Positions 23,947 through 33,650 of a DNA stretch of 64,000 nucleotides are shown here, in pieces. A program made the translations under genes and the position numbers. This stretch comes from an uncultured bacterium (GTDB taxonomy: Bacteria; Omnitrophota; Gorgyraeia; Duberdicusellales; CBEUCJ01). The notes under the pieces are model-generated. The model did no database searches. It had not been told where the DNA came from and saw only the letters and a list, made by a program, of their open reading frames with translations. Position 1 is the stretch's first letter, and the number at the start of each line of letters is the position of its first letter. Where the stretch lies: NCBI GenBank assembly GCA_965541615.1, contig CBEUCJ010000004.1, forward strand, positions 91,071-155,070, written 5' to 3'.

Positions 23947-24933
23947 ATGGGAGTAAGATGGAGAGATTTTCAGCTCCCTAAATTTTTAATGACAGATGAG
24001 AAGACGTATTCGGCAACTTATGGAAAGTTTATTGCCGAACCATTTGAGAGAGGTTATGGGGTTACTTTAGGAAATGCTTTGAGGAGGGTATTGCTATCTT
24101 CTATAGAAGGATGTGCAATTACAAGTGTAAAGATAGATGGTGTTTTACATGAATTTACTTCAATCCCTGGAGTTTTAGAGGATGTTACAGACATTATTTT
24201 AAATTTGAAAGGTGTAGTATTGAAACCTTTAAATAGGGAGCCTAAAAAATTAGTTATAGAAAGGAATAAGAAAGGAGAAGTAAGAGCTGGCGACATCAAA
24301 ACAGATGGTACAGTAGAAGTAGTAAATGTTGACCATTTAATTTGTACTCTGACAGAAGACAGACCTTTAAGGATAGAAATGGAAGCAGGCTTAGGAAGAG
24401 GATGGGTTCCTGCTGAGGAGAATAAAAGAGAAGACCATCCTATAGGAGTCATAGCTATAGATTCCATTTTTACACCTGTTAAGAAAGTAAACTTTAAAGT
24501 AGAAAATACTCGTGTAGGGAAAAGAACAGATTACGATAGACTAATCTTAGAAATTTGGACAAATGGTGCTATGGAACCAAAAGATGCTTTGTTACATGCA
24601 GTTACTATTTTAAGAAAACATTTAGATGTATTTACTCAATTAGGAACTGTAGAGGAGATTGAGGAAGAAGAAGAATTAACTCCTGAAGAGAAAGCTTTAT
24701 ATGAGAAGTTAAAAATACCTGTACAAGAGTTAGAGTTATCTGTAAGAGCAGCAAATTGTTTGAGAGAAGCAGAAATAAAAACTTTAGCAGACTTAGTAGA
24801 GAAAACTGAGCAGGAGTTATTGAGTTACAGAAATTTTGGGAAAAAGTCTTTGAATGAAATTGTAGAGTTATTAAAATCTATGGGATTGTCTTTAGGAATG
24901 AAGATAGATAGAGAAAAATTAAAGAAAGTATGA
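23947..24933 (+). CDS. rpoA: DNA-directed RNA polymerase alpha subunit
   Basis: Alpha N-terminal dimerisation domain and C-terminal HhH domain (LELSVRAANCL). Confidence 0.95.
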   Translation: MGVRWRDFQLPKFLMTDEKTYSATYGKFIAEPFERGYGVTLGNALRRVLLSSIEGCAITSVKIDGVLHEFTSIPGVLEDVTDIILNLKGVVLKPLNREPKKLVIERNKKGEVRAGDIKTDGTVEVVNVDHLICTLTEDRPLRIEMEAGLGRGWVPAEENKREDHPIGVIAIDSIFTPVKKVNFKVENTRVGKRTDYDRLILEIWTNGAMEPKDALLHAVTILRKHLDVFTQLGTVEEIEEEEELTPEEKALYEKLKIPVQELELSVRAANCLREAEIKTLADLVEKTEQELLSYRNFGKKSLNEIVELLKSMGLSLGMKIDREKLKKV

Positions 24934-25442
24934 GACACAGAAAAGATAAAATAAAGTTGTCTAGGAATTTAGGACACAGGAAAGCTTTGTTGAGGAATTT
25001 ATGTAAGTCTCTCTTTATATCAGAATCAATTACTACTACTAAAGCCAAAGCAAAAGCAGCTCAAAGATTAGCAGAAAGATTGATAAGTTTAGCTAAAGAA
25101 GATACTCTTTGGCATAGAAGGCAAGTTTACAAGGTTCTTTGTGATCATAAGTTAGTGAAAAGACTTTTTGATAAAATAGCACCAAGATTTAAGGATATAG
25201 AGGGAGGTTATACTAGAATCTTTAATTTAGGTTTTAGGAAAGGAGATGGAGCTCAATTAGTGATTTTAGAGTTAACAAAGAAAGAGATAAAAAAGAAGGG
25301 AAAACCTGCTGAGAAAAAGAAAGAAATAGAAAAACCTAAAGAAGTAAAAGAACACGAACCTAAAGCTTTAAGAAAGCAACCAAAGCCTACATTCAGAGAA
25401 TTTATAAAGAGAGTCTTTAAAAGAGAAAGAGATTCTCTTTAA
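24930..25442 (+). CDS. rplQ: 50S ribosomal protein L17, with a long Lys/Glu/Pro-rich C-terminal extension
   Basis: L17 core (MRHRK...GHRKALLRNL); end of the alpha operon. Confidence 0.93.
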   Translation: MRHRKDKIKLSRNLGHRKALLRNLCKSLFISESITTTKAKAKAAQRLAERLISLAKEDTLWHRRQVYKVLCDHKLVKRLFDKIAPRFKDIEGGYTRIFNLGFRKGDGAQLVILELTKKEIKKKGKPAEKKKEIEKPKEVKEHEPKALRKQPKPTFREFIKRVFKRERDSL

Positions 25443-26596
25443 TGAACCCTATTTTTAAGACCTTAAAGCCTTCTGAGACTCTAAAGATCTCTGCAAAAGC
25501 TAAAGAGTTAGCAAAGAAAGGATTAGATGTTATAAATCTTTCAGCTGGTGAACCTGACTTTGATACTCCTCAATATATAAAAGATGCTATAAAAAAAGCT
25601 TTAGATAATTCTAAAACTAAATACACCCCTGCCACTGGAATAAAAGAATTGAAAGAAGTAATTTCAGAAAAGTTTAAGAAAGAAAATTCATTAGAATACC
25701 CTCCAGATAATATTATAATAAGCTGTGGAGCAAAACATGTATTATTCAATATACTCTTTTGTCTTTTAGAAAAGAATGATAAAGTTTTAATAATTTCTCC
25801 TTACTGGGTGAGTTATCCAGCACAAATAATTCTTTGCAGAGGAACTCCTGTTATTTTAGAAACAGAATTTGAAGATAAGTTTGATATAGATTTAGAAGAG
25901 TTTAGAAGGAAAGTAAAAGGATGTAAAGCAGTTATAATCAATACACCTTCAAATCCTACAGGAAAGATTTTAAAAAGAGAAATTCTAGAGAAAATAGCAA
26001 AAGTTTGTTTAGAAGAAAAAGTTTACATTATAAGTGATGAGATCTATGAGAAAATAGTATTTGAATCTGAACATTTTAGTATAGGATCAGTTTCCAAAGA
26101 GATTTTGAAGATAACTTTTACTGTGAATGGGGTTTCAAAATCTTTTTCTATGACAGGTTTAAGGATTGGATGGTGTGGAGCTCCAATTTTAGTTAAAGAA
26201 CTATCTGTTCTTCAATCACACACTACTTCTAATCCTACAAGTATATCTCAGTATGGGGCTTTGGAAGCTTTGAGTAATCCTTTATGTAGAGATTTTTATG
26301 AATTTATAAGAAAAGAATTTAAAGAGAGAAGAGATGTGTTCTGCAGAGAGTTAGAAAAAATAGATAAGTTAGAAGTCTTTGTGCCAGAAGGTGCTTTTTA
26401 TGTATTTTGCAAAATTAAAAATACAGGTTTAAGTTCAAGTGAATTTTGTGAAAAACTGTTAGAAAAAGAATTAGTCTCTTGTGTACCAGGGGTAGTTTTT
26501 GGTAAAGAAGGATTTGTAAGATTTAGTTTATCTCAAAGTAGAGAAAGATTAAAAGAAGCAGCTGTTAGAATTAAAAATTTTATAGCTTCTTTATGA
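25442..26596 (+). CDS. Class I/II PLP-dependent aminotransferase (aspartate aminotransferase family)
   Basis: Fold-type I AT motifs. The PLP-lysine sits in NGVSKSFSMTGLRIGW. The ATG overlaps the rplQ stop. Confidence 0.85.
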   Translation: MNPIFKTLKPSETLKISAKAKELAKKGLDVINLSAGEPDFDTPQYIKDAIKKALDNSKTKYTPATGIKELKEVISEKFKKENSLEYPPDNIIISCGAKHVLFNILFCLLEKNDKVLIISPYWVSYPAQIILCRGTPVILETEFEDKFDIDLEEFRRKVKGCKAVIINTPSNPTGKILKREILEKIAKVCLEEKVYIISDEIYEKIVFESEHFSIGSVSKEILKITFTVNGVSKSFSMTGLRIGWCGAPILVKELSVLQSHTTSNPTSISQYGALEALSNPLCRDFYEFIRKEFKERRDVFCRELEKIDKLEVFVPEGAFYVFCKIKNTGLSSSEFCEKLLEKELVSCVPGVVFGKEGFVRFSLSQSRERLKEAAVRIKNFIASL

Positions 26597-27843
26597 CTAT
26601 AGCTGAAAAAATAATTTCTGCCCATTGTGGAAAAAAAGTAAGACCTGGAGATTTAGTTTTGTGTGAAGTAGATCTATGTTTTGGTCAGGATGGCACCTCA
26701 AACCTAATAATTGAAAGATTAGAAGAACTAAATGCAAATAAACTAAAAATAAGAAAAGCTTTTCTAGTTATAGACCATAACTCTCCTCCACCAAATGCAG
26801 ATGCTAGTAATATTCACAAAAGAATGCGTCAATTTGCAGAAAGATTTAGTTTGAGATTATTCGATGTAGGAGAGGGAGTCTGTCATCAAGTAGTATTAGA
26901 ATCAGGTGAAGTTCTGCCTTCAAGATTAATCTTAGGTGCAGATTCTCACACTACTACTCACGGAGCTTTAAATACTTTTAGTGCAGGAATAGGTTCTACA
27001 GATGCTGCTGTTTGTTTTTACACAGGAAAATTATGGCTGAAAACCCCTCCTACTATTAGGGTAGAGTTTGAAGGCAGTTTGAATAAAGGTGTTGAAGGAA
27101 AAGATATAGCTTTATATTTGTTAAAAATTCTGGGTTTAAATAGAGCAATTTATAAAGTTTTAGAATTTGGGGGAAAAAGCTTAAAAGAATTACCTCAGGA
27201 TTTTAGATTTACTATCTCTAATATGAGTGTAGAAGCAGGAGCAAAAGCTGCTATATTTGAGTATGATAGTATCACTGAAAGTTGGATAAAAACAGAATTA
27301 CTAGATTTTGATAAGTATGAACCTATTTTTCCAGATAAAAATGCAGAGTATTTAGAGAGAATAGTGATAAATCTTTCAGAAATAGAACCTATGGTAAGCA
27401 TTCCTCATTCACCTGCAAATGTTAAGAGAATTTCAGAGCTCAGAGATGTTAAAATAGATATGGGATTTATAGGGACTTGTACTAATGGAAGGTTAGAAGA
27501 TTTAAGAAGAGCTGCTAAGATTTTGAAAGGAAGGAAGATAAAAAAGAATGTAAGACTTATAGTTGCGCCTGCTTCAAAAAGAGTATTTGAAAAAGCTTTA
27601 AAAGAAGGGTTAATAGAAATATTCTTGCAAGCAGGAGCTGTAGTCTTTCCACCTGGATGTGGAGTATGTGTGGGAGCTCATGGAGGAGTTCCTGCAGATA
27701 GGGAAAATGTGATATCAACTTCTAATAGAAATTTTAAAGGAAGGATGGGGAATCCTAATAGTTTTATATATTTAGGTTCTCCTTCAACAGTTGCAGCTTC
27801 CTGTATAGAAGGTAAAATTACAGACCCTAGAAATTTTTTGTAA
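26593..27843 (+). CDS. Aconitase-family dehydratase large subunit. It is the archaeal-type short LeuC: 3-isopropylmalate dehydratase or homoaconitase large subunit.
   Basis: 416 aa. Fe-S ligand cysteines in GTCTNG and PPGCGVCVG contexts. Confidence 0.85.
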   Translation: MTIAEKIISAHCGKKVRPGDLVLCEVDLCFGQDGTSNLIIERLEELNANKLKIRKAFLVIDHNSPPPNADASNIHKRMRQFAERFSLRLFDVGEGVCHQVVLESGEVLPSRLILGADSHTTTHGALNTFSAGIGSTDAAVCFYTGKLWLKTPPTIRVEFEGSLNKGVEGKDIALYLLKILGLNRAIYKVLEFGGKSLKELPQDFRFTISNMSVEAGAKAAIFEYDSITESWIKTELLDFDKYEPIFPDKNAEYLERIVINLSEIEPMVSIPHSPANVKRISELRDVKIDMGFIGTCTNGRLEDLRRAAKILKGRKIKKNVRLIVAPASKRVFEKALKEGLIEIFLQAGAVVFPPGCGVCVGAHGGVPADRENVISTSNRNFKGRMGNPNSFIYLGSPSTVAASCIEGKITDPRNFL

Positions 27844-27865
27844 AAGAAAGGGAGGTGAGAATAAA

Positions 27866-28918
27866 ATGACACCTGATATTAGAGAGTTATTAAAATTAAC
27901 TATGGAGATGGGAGCTTCAGATCTACATTTGACAGAAAATACACCCCCTGTATTAAGGATAGATGGAAGACTTATGAGGACAGATTTCCCTCCTTTAACA
28001 AGAGAAGATACAAAAAGATTAGTTTACAGTATTTTAAATGATATTCAGAGAGAGACTTTTGAAAGAGACAAAGAATTAGATTTTTCACTTAACTTACCAG
28101 GATTAGATAGATTCAGAGTTAATGTCCATATTCAAAGAGGGAGTGTAGAAGCTGCTTTCAGAAGGATTCCTAGAGTTATTCCTTCTTTTGAGGAGTTAGG
28201 TTTACCTCCTATAGTTGAAGAGCTAGCTAGAAAACCTAATGGGTTGGTTTTAGTTACAGGTCCTACAGGAATGGGAAAGACCACAACTTTAGCTGCTATG
28301 ATAAATTTAATTAACAATGAGAGAGAATGTTTGATAATTACTATTGAGGATCCTATTGAATTCGTTCATACAAACAAAAAAGCTATTATAAAACAAAGAG
28401 AGGTGTATTCTGATACAAAATCTTTTGCTGAAGCTTTAAAAAGAGTCTTAAGACAAGATCCCGATGTTATAGTGGTAGGTGAAATGAGAGATTTAGAAAC
28501 GATATCTACTACTCTTACAGCAGCTGAAACTGGCCACTTAGTTTTAGCTACTCTTCATACTCCTGATGCTCCTCAGACAGTTCAAAGAATAATAGATGTA
28601 TTTCCTCCTCACCAACAACAACAAGTAAGATTACAGTTAGCTGATTGTATTCAAGGAGTAATCTCTCAATTACTTTTACCTAATGCTTCTGGAAGAGGAA
28701 GGGTTTTGGCTACAGAGATAATGATAGGCACACCTGCTATAAGAAATTTAATAAGAGAAGCTGAAATCGAACAAATCCCTACTCTTATTCAGACAGGCGC
28801 TCAATATGGAATGAGAACTATGGATAAATCTTTAAAAGAATTGTATAAAAAAGGATTAATTACTTATGAGGTAGCTATAAGTAAAGTAAAGAATATTCAG
28901 GAATTTAAAAATCTATGA
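27866..28918 (+). CDS. pilT: PilT-family (type IV pilus retraction-type) hexameric ATPase
   Basis: Walker [10 protein letters not shown], Asp box [10 protein letters not shown], Walker B VVGEMRD, His box ATLHT; 350 aa. Confidence 0.85.
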   Translation: MTPDIRELLKLTMEMGASDLHLTENTPPVLRIDGRLMRTDFPPLTREDTKRLVYSILNDIQRETFERDKELDFSLNLPGLDRFRVNVHIQRGSVEAAFRRIPRVIPSFEELGLPPIVEELARKPNGLVLVTGPTGMGKTTTLAAMINLINNERECLIITIEDPIEFVHTNKKAIIKQREVYSDTKSFAEALKRVLRQDPDVIVVGEMRDLETISTTLTAAETGHLVLATLHTPDAPQTVQRIIDVFPPHQQQQVRLQLADCIQGVISQLLLPNASGRGRVLATEIMIGTPAIRNLIREAEIEQIPTLIQTGAQYGMRTMDKSLKELYKKGLITYEVAISKVKNIQEFKNL

Positions 28919-29418
28919 TATTTGAAGGAAGAGTATTTAAATTTGCAGATGATATAAACACAGATTACATAATTTCAGGTAAGAGAAAGTTTTCAATTTC
29001 AGACATTAAAGAATTGTGCAAATATTTATTTGAGGATATAAGACCTGGATTTTATGAAGCAGTAAAAAATACTCAAAGTATAATTGTAGCAGGTAAAAAC
29101 TTTGGATGTGGCTCATCTAGAGAACAAGCCCCTTTAGTTATAAAAGAAGTAGGGATAAAATGTATAATAGCAAAATCTTTTGCAAGAATATTTTATAGAA
29201 ATGCTTTTAATGTAGGTTTAGCTTTAATAGAGTGTGATACTGATTTGATAAGTGAAGGAGATTTCTTAAGAGTAGATTTAGAGAAAGGGCTCATTTTTAA
29301 TCAGACTCAAAATTCTCAAATAAAATTTAAGGAGTTGCCTAATTTTATGGAAAAGATTTTAAAAGAAGGTGGATTAATTAATCTCATTAAAAAATATGAA
29401 GGCTGGCCCCAAATATAG
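28915..29418 (+). CDS. Aconitase-family dehydratase small subunit (LeuD-type)
   Basis: 167 aa. The swivel-domain family motif FGCGSSRE (LeuD-type GSSRE). Confidence 0.85.
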   Translation: MIFEGRVFKFADDINTDYIISGKRKFSISDIKELCKYLFEDIRPGFYEAVKNTQSIIVAGKNFGCGSSREQAPLVIKEVGIKCIIAKSFARIFYRNAFNVGLALIECDTDLISEGDFLRVDLEKGLIFNQTQNSQIKFKELPNFMEKILKEGGLINLIKKYEGWPQI

Positions 29419-30487
29419 AGTAACTCTGATTCCAGGTGATGGTATAGGACCTGAAGTAATAGAAGCAACTTTAATGTGTATCTCAGCTTTAGGAGTAGAT
29501 ATTGAATGGGAGAAAGTCTGTGCAGGCCAGAAAGCTTTAGAAAAATATGGGACGCCTTTGCCTGATTTTGTCTTAGAATCGATAAGAAAAAATAAGGTAG
29601 CTTTAAAAGGACCTATAATTACTCCTGTAGGAAAAGGATTTAGATCAGTAAATGTAGCTATAAGAAAAGAGTTAGATTTATATGCATGTTTGAGACCTGT
29701 TAAGTCTTTGGAGGGAGCGAGTTCTTTAAAGCCTAATATAGATATTGTAGTTATAAGAGAAAACACAGAAGGGCTTTATATAGGCATTGAATTTGAAGCA
29801 AAGAGTTCAGAGAGTTTGAAATTCATAAATTTTTTAAAAAATGAGTTTGATATTCATTTAAAAGAAGATTCTGGTGTTTCTTTAAAAGTAATATCTGAAA
29901 AAGCAAGTAGAAGAATAATCAAATTTGCTTTTGAATACGCTTTAAAGAATAATAAAAAGAAAGTTACCTGTGTCCATAAAGCAAATATTTTGAAATTCTC
30001 TGATGGACTTTTTTTAAAGGTTTTTTATGAGGTAGCTTCTGATTATCCTCAGATCATAGCAGAAGATGTTATCATAGATAATTTATGTATGCAGTTGGTG
30101 TTAAAACCCGAAAATTTTCAAGTTTTAGTTTTGCCTAATTTGTATGGAGATATAGTTTCAGACTTATGTGCAGGTTTAGTAGGAGGGTTGGGATTAGCTC
30201 CTGGAGCTAATATAGGAGACCAAATAGCAGTCTTTGAGCCTGTGCATGGAGCAGCTCCTAAATACCAAGGTCAATATAAAGTAAATCCTACTGCTACCAT
30301 TTTATCAGCAGTCTTAATGTTAGAATATTTGGGTGAGAAAACAGCTGCTTTAAGATTAGAAAAAGCTGTAAGAGAAGTTATAAGAGAAGGAAAATACCTA
30401 ACCTATGATTTTAAAAAAGACGTACCAGATTTTAAGCCAGTAAGTACCTTAGAAATGGCTCAAGCTATATGCAGAAAGTTGCAGTAA
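29396..30487 (+). CDS. Beta-decarboxylating dehydrogenase of isocitrate/homoisocitrate type
   Basis: [12 protein letters not shown]-terminus. The substrate loop [22 protein letters not shown] has the Ser-x-Asn of IDH/HICDH rather than IPMDH. The start overlaps the leuD-type gene by 23 nt. Confidence 0.8.
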   Translation: MKAGPKYRVTLIPGDGIGPEVIEATLMCISALGVDIEWEKVCAGQKALEKYGTPLPDFVLESIRKNKVALKGPIITPVGKGFRSVNVAIRKELDLYACLRPVKSLEGASSLKPNIDIVVIRENTEGLYIGIEFEAKSSESLKFINFLKNEFDIHLKEDSGVSLKVISEKASRRIIKFAFEYALKNNKKKVTCVHKANILKFSDGLFLKVFYEVASDYPQIIAEDVIIDNLCMQLVLKPENFQVLVLPNLYGDIVSDLCAGLVGGLGLAPGANIGDQIAVFEPVHGAAPKYQGQYKVNPTATILSAVLMLEYLGEKTAALRLEKAVREVIREGKYLTYDFKKDVPDFKPVSTLEMAQAICRKLQ

Positions 30488-31377
30488 TAGGAGCAGGACA
30501 AGTAGGTAGTCAAACGGCTTTCTGGTTACTCTTAAAAAAAATATGTGAAGTCGTACTCATAGATATCAGTGGAGATTTAGCTAAAGGTAAAGCTTTAGAT
30601 TTAGAAGATTTAGGAGCAGGTTTAGGTATAGATTTTAATGTTAAGGGAACAAAGGATTTCTCAAAAATTAGAGATTCTGATATTTGTATAATAACAGCAG
30701 GGTTGACTCGTAAACCTGGTATGAGTAGAGAAGATCTATTGAAAGAAAATAAAGAGATCGTAAAAAGGATCTGTAATAAGATTAAGAAATTAGCCCCTCA
30801 ATCTATAGTGATAGTAGTTACCAATCCTGTAGATATATTAACTTATTTTGTCTTTAAGAATTTAGGTTTCTCAAGAAACAGAATTTTAGGGATGGGAAGC
30901 AGTTTAGATACTTACAGATTAAAAAACTTAATTTCTAAAAGATTAAAAGTCTCTATAGATTGTGTTGAATCCTTAGTGATAGGAGAACATGGAAAATGTA
31001 TGGTCCCTCTTTTTAGTAGAACTTACGTAAATCTCATTCCTATAAGAGAAATATTAAATAAAAAAGATTTAGATAGTTTGAAAGAAGAACTTTTAGATAG
31101 AGGAAAAAGAATAGTAGAGAGTTTGGGTAAAGGAAGTGCGTATTTAGCCCCTGGATTTTGTTGTGCTGAGATAGTTGAGAGCATCTTACAGAATTTAAAA
31201 AGAACTATACCTGTAAGTTTTTATCTAGAAGGAGAATACAGAGCAAAGAATGTATGTATAGGAGTACCTTGTGTTATTTCAAGAAAAGGTGTCCAAAATG
31301 TTGTGGAGATAAAAATTGACAAAGAAGAAGAGCAATTGTTCTTAGAAGCAGTTCGATTTTTAAAAGAGTATACATAA
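30469..31377 (+). CDS. mdh: Malate (or L-lactate) dehydrogenase, LDH-like family
   Basis: Rossmann [10 protein letters not shown], then NPVD and a catalytic GEHG block. Confidence 0.85.
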   Translation: MQKVAVIGAGQVGSQTAFWLLLKKICEVVLIDISGDLAKGKALDLEDLGAGLGIDFNVKGTKDFSKIRDSDICIITAGLTRKPGMSREDLLKENKEIVKRICNKIKKLAPQSIVIVVTNPVDILTYFVFKNLGFSRNRILGMGSSLDTYRLKNLISKRLKVSIDCVESLVIGEHGKCMVPLFSRTYVNLIPIREILNKKDLDSLKEELLDRGKRIVESLGKGSAYLAPGFCCAEIVESILQNLKRTIPVSFYLEGEYRAKNVCIGVPCVISRKGVQNVVEIKIDKEEEQLFLEAVRFLKEYT

Positions 31378-31422
31378 CTTTTCATCAAAATTCACTAAAA
31401 ATCAAAGAGGAGGGAGGTGAGT

Positions 31423-31695
31423 ATGAAGAAGGTAGTTTTACCTGATTTAGGAGAAGGAATTGAAAAAGCTACTATAAGCTACTGGTATGCTAATGAAGGC
31501 GAACATGTAGAAGAAGGAGACAATTTAGTAGAAGTAGCTACAGAAAATTCAGTAATTAACATTCCTGCTCCGTGTTCAGGGATAGTAAGTGAGATATATT
31601 ATGGGGAAGGTGAGGTAGCCAGAGTAGGAGAGGTTATATGTGTAATAAGAGAAGAGACTGAAGACTTAGATTTAGGATTAGAATTTGAAGAATAA
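31423..31695 (+). CDS. Stand-alone lipoyl/biotinyl-attachment-like domain protein whose modifiable Lys is replaced by Asn
   Basis: Reads like an E2 lipoyl domain (VLPDLGEGIEKATISYWYANEGEHVEEGDNLVEV..IPAPCSGIV). The hairpin motif is ATENS instead of ETDKA. The ATG at 31423 follows a GGAGGGAGGTGA RBS; the track start 31417 is a GTG. Confidence 0.6.
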   Translation: MKKVVLPDLGEGIEKATISYWYANEGEHVEEGDNLVEVATENSVINIPAPCSGIVSEIYYGEGEVARVGEVICVIREETEDLDLGLEFEE

Positions 31696-31707
31696 AAATA
31701 AATTTTA

Positions 31708-32835
31708 ATGAGAATATTTGTTTTTTATATCACTCAATTTTCTGGACATTATAAGGTAGCTTGTTCTATAGCAGAATACCTGAAAAGTATAAAAGATGTT
31801 AAGGTAAGAGAATTAGATCTTTTTAAATATCTTTTTCCCTTCACAGAAAGGATTATAAATTTTTTGTATACTCTTACTATCAGAAAGTTCCCTTTCATTT
31901 GGCAGGGTGTTTATGATAAAGAATTTGTAGTAAAGAATTTAGGAAGGTTAGAGAAAGTAATATTTAAATTAGCTTTTAAGAAATTAAATAAATTATTCTC
32001 TGAATACAGACCTTGTTGTGTAATATGCACTCAAGCTTTTCCGTGTATTTTGACTTCATATTATAAAGAAAAAACTTCTTCAAATTTTTTAATATTTGCA
32101 ATTTTAACTGATTTTTTGCCCCACAGATTTTGGTTAAATAAAAATATTGATTTTTACGTAACTTCTACTCTTGAGGCAAAAAAAAGATTATTAAAAGAAG
32201 GTGTAAACCCCCAAAAAATTTTGGAATTTGGTATCCCAATAAGAAAAGAATTTTTTGAAGTTTTTGAAGAAGAAAAAATTTTAAAGGAGTTTAATTTACC
32301 TAAGAATAAACCTAAGATTCTTTTAATGGGAGGAGGTCAAGGAATAGGTCCAATTGCAAATTTAGTCAGAGAATTTTTAAGACAGAATATAAAAGCACAT
32401 TTAATAGTTGTGTGTGGAAGAAATAAAAAATTGTATTTAAAAGTAAAAAAAATCATTTCTAATTCTAATGAAAATTCAGTATCTGTATTTGGATATTTAG
32501 AAGAGATATATAAATTAATGGAAGTTTCAAAAATTTTGATCTCAAAACCAGGAGGAGCTACTCTCACTGAAGCCTTAGTAAAAGAGTTATCTATAATAAT
32601 CTTAAATCCTCTCCCAGGTCAAGAGAATAACAATCTTAAGATAATTTCAAAATATAACTTAGCATTTAAAGCTAAAGATACCCAAGATGCTTTTAGAATA
32701 GCTAAAGAAATTATAGAAAATAAAAAAGATCTAGAAGAATTGAAATTCAGAATAAGAGATTTTAAGAAAAATTGGTCTCCTCAAAAACTTGCAAATTTTA
32801 TAACAGAAAAATGCTCTACTATTTCTACCTTATAG
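31708..32835 (+). CDS. Diacylglycerol glycosyltransferase, UgtP/MGDG-synthase-like (GT28 family)
   Basis: Blocks matching B. subtilis UgtP: FSGHYKVA, ILTDFLPHRFW, GIPIRKEF, LIVVCGRN, ISKPGGATLTEA, PLPGQE. Confidence 0.75.
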   Translation: MRIFVFYITQFSGHYKVACSIAEYLKSIKDVKVRELDLFKYLFPFTERIINFLYTLTIRKFPFIWQGVYDKEFVVKNLGRLEKVIFKLAFKKLNKLFSEYRPCCVICTQAFPCILTSYYKEKTSSNFLIFAILTDFLPHRFWLNKNIDFYVTSTLEAKKRLLKEGVNPQKILEFGIPIRKEFFEVFEEEKILKEFNLPKNKPKILLMGGGQGIGPIANLVREFLRQNIKAHLIVVCGRNKKLYLKVKKIISNSNENSVSVFGYLEEIYKLMEVSKILISKPGGATLTEALVKELSIIILNPLPGQENNNLKIISKYNLAFKAKDTQDAFRIAKEIIENKKDLEELKFRIRDFKKNWSPQKLANFITEKCSTISTL

Positions 32836-33650
32836 GAAGATTCATTAGTTTATTACTTCCTCTAAAATTAGCTTACATCTTAGGTGTATATTTAGCAGAT
32901 TTAAAATATTGTTTTTCTATAAAAGATAGAAGGATATTAAGAGAAAATTTACAAGCAATTTTCCCTTATAGAGAGAAGAAGTTTTATAAAAGATGTGTAA
33001 GACAAATTTTTAGAAATTTTGCTAAATACCTTGTAGATTTTTTTAGAGCAAAAAAGATCGATTTAGATTTTATAAAGAAAAAAGTTAAAATAATAAATAA
33101 AGAAAATTTAGATAGAGCTCAAAGTTTAAACAAAGGAGTAATAATTTTAACTGCACACTTAGGAAATTGGGAGTTAGGAGGTCAAGTAGCTTCTCTTTTG
33201 GGGTACCCTATATGGGCAATAGCTCTCCCTCATAAAAATAAGAAGATAGATAGTTTTTTTAATTATCAAAGAAAAATTAAAGGAGTAAATGTGATCCCTA
33301 CAGGCAAAAGAGTAAAAAAAATACTTACTCTTTTGAAACAAAGGAAAATCGTTTGCTTTTTAGGTGATAGAGATTTTTCAGGAACAGGCTTATATACAGA
33401 ATTTTTTGGGAAAAAAGCTCAAATCCCTAAGGGAGCAGCTTTTTTTTCTTTAAGGACAGGAGCTCCAATTTTGCCAGTATTTTTTATAAGGAAAGAAAAC
33501 GATAAATTTGAATTAATATTTGAAAAACCAATATATCCTACAAAAAGAGAACAAGATTTAGTAAAAGATTATGTTAAAGTAATGCAGGAGTATATAAAAA
33601 AGTATCCTGAGCAATGGTTTATGTTTCAAAGATTTTGGAAAGAGGAATGA
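32811..33650 (+). CDS. Lipid A biosynthesis acyltransferase family (LpxL/HtrB/PatA-type) acyltransferase
   Basis: LTAHLGNWELGG (H..NWE) motif and a basic N-terminal hydrophobic helix. The start is ambiguous: ATG at 32811 or TTG at 32772, both overlapping the upstream gene. Confidence 0.7.
   Translation: MLYYFYLIGRFISLLLPLKLAYILGVYLADLKYCFSIKDRRILRENLQAIFPYREKKFYKRCVRQIFRNFAKYLVDFFRAKKIDLDFIKKKVKIINKENLDRAQSLNKGVIILTAHLGNWELGGQVASLLGYPIWAIALPHKNKKIDSFFNYQRKIKGVNVIPTGKRVKKILTLLKQRKIVCFLGDRDFSGTGLYTEFFGKKAQIPKGAAFFSLRTGAPILPVFFIRKENDKFELIFEKPIYPTKREQDLVKDYVKVMQEYIKKYPEQWFMFQRFWKEE

Noticed and set aside
24054-24467. 137-aa ORF on the minus strand inside rpoA. Similar antisense ORFs occur at 728-982, 1334-1588, 7272-7574, 9929-10117, 13520-13738, 17692-17982, 29374-29766, 34493-34789, 34867-35166, 43672-43962, 45598-45882, 46264-46551 and 51856-52134.
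   Set aside because: All lie entirely antisense to strongly supported conserved genes. Their products are Ser/Thr/Pro/Phe/Leu-rich low-complexity strings, as expected from the reverse complement of K/E-rich coding sequence. None has an RBS or family motifs.
27866-28918. Considered whether the PilT-like gene marks a horizontally acquired insertion or mobile element between leuC and leuD.
   Set aside because: No flanking repeats, integrase or compositional shift were visible by eye. Both junctions are tight translational couplings typical of the native genes here. I kept it as a finding about gene order rather than as a mobile element.
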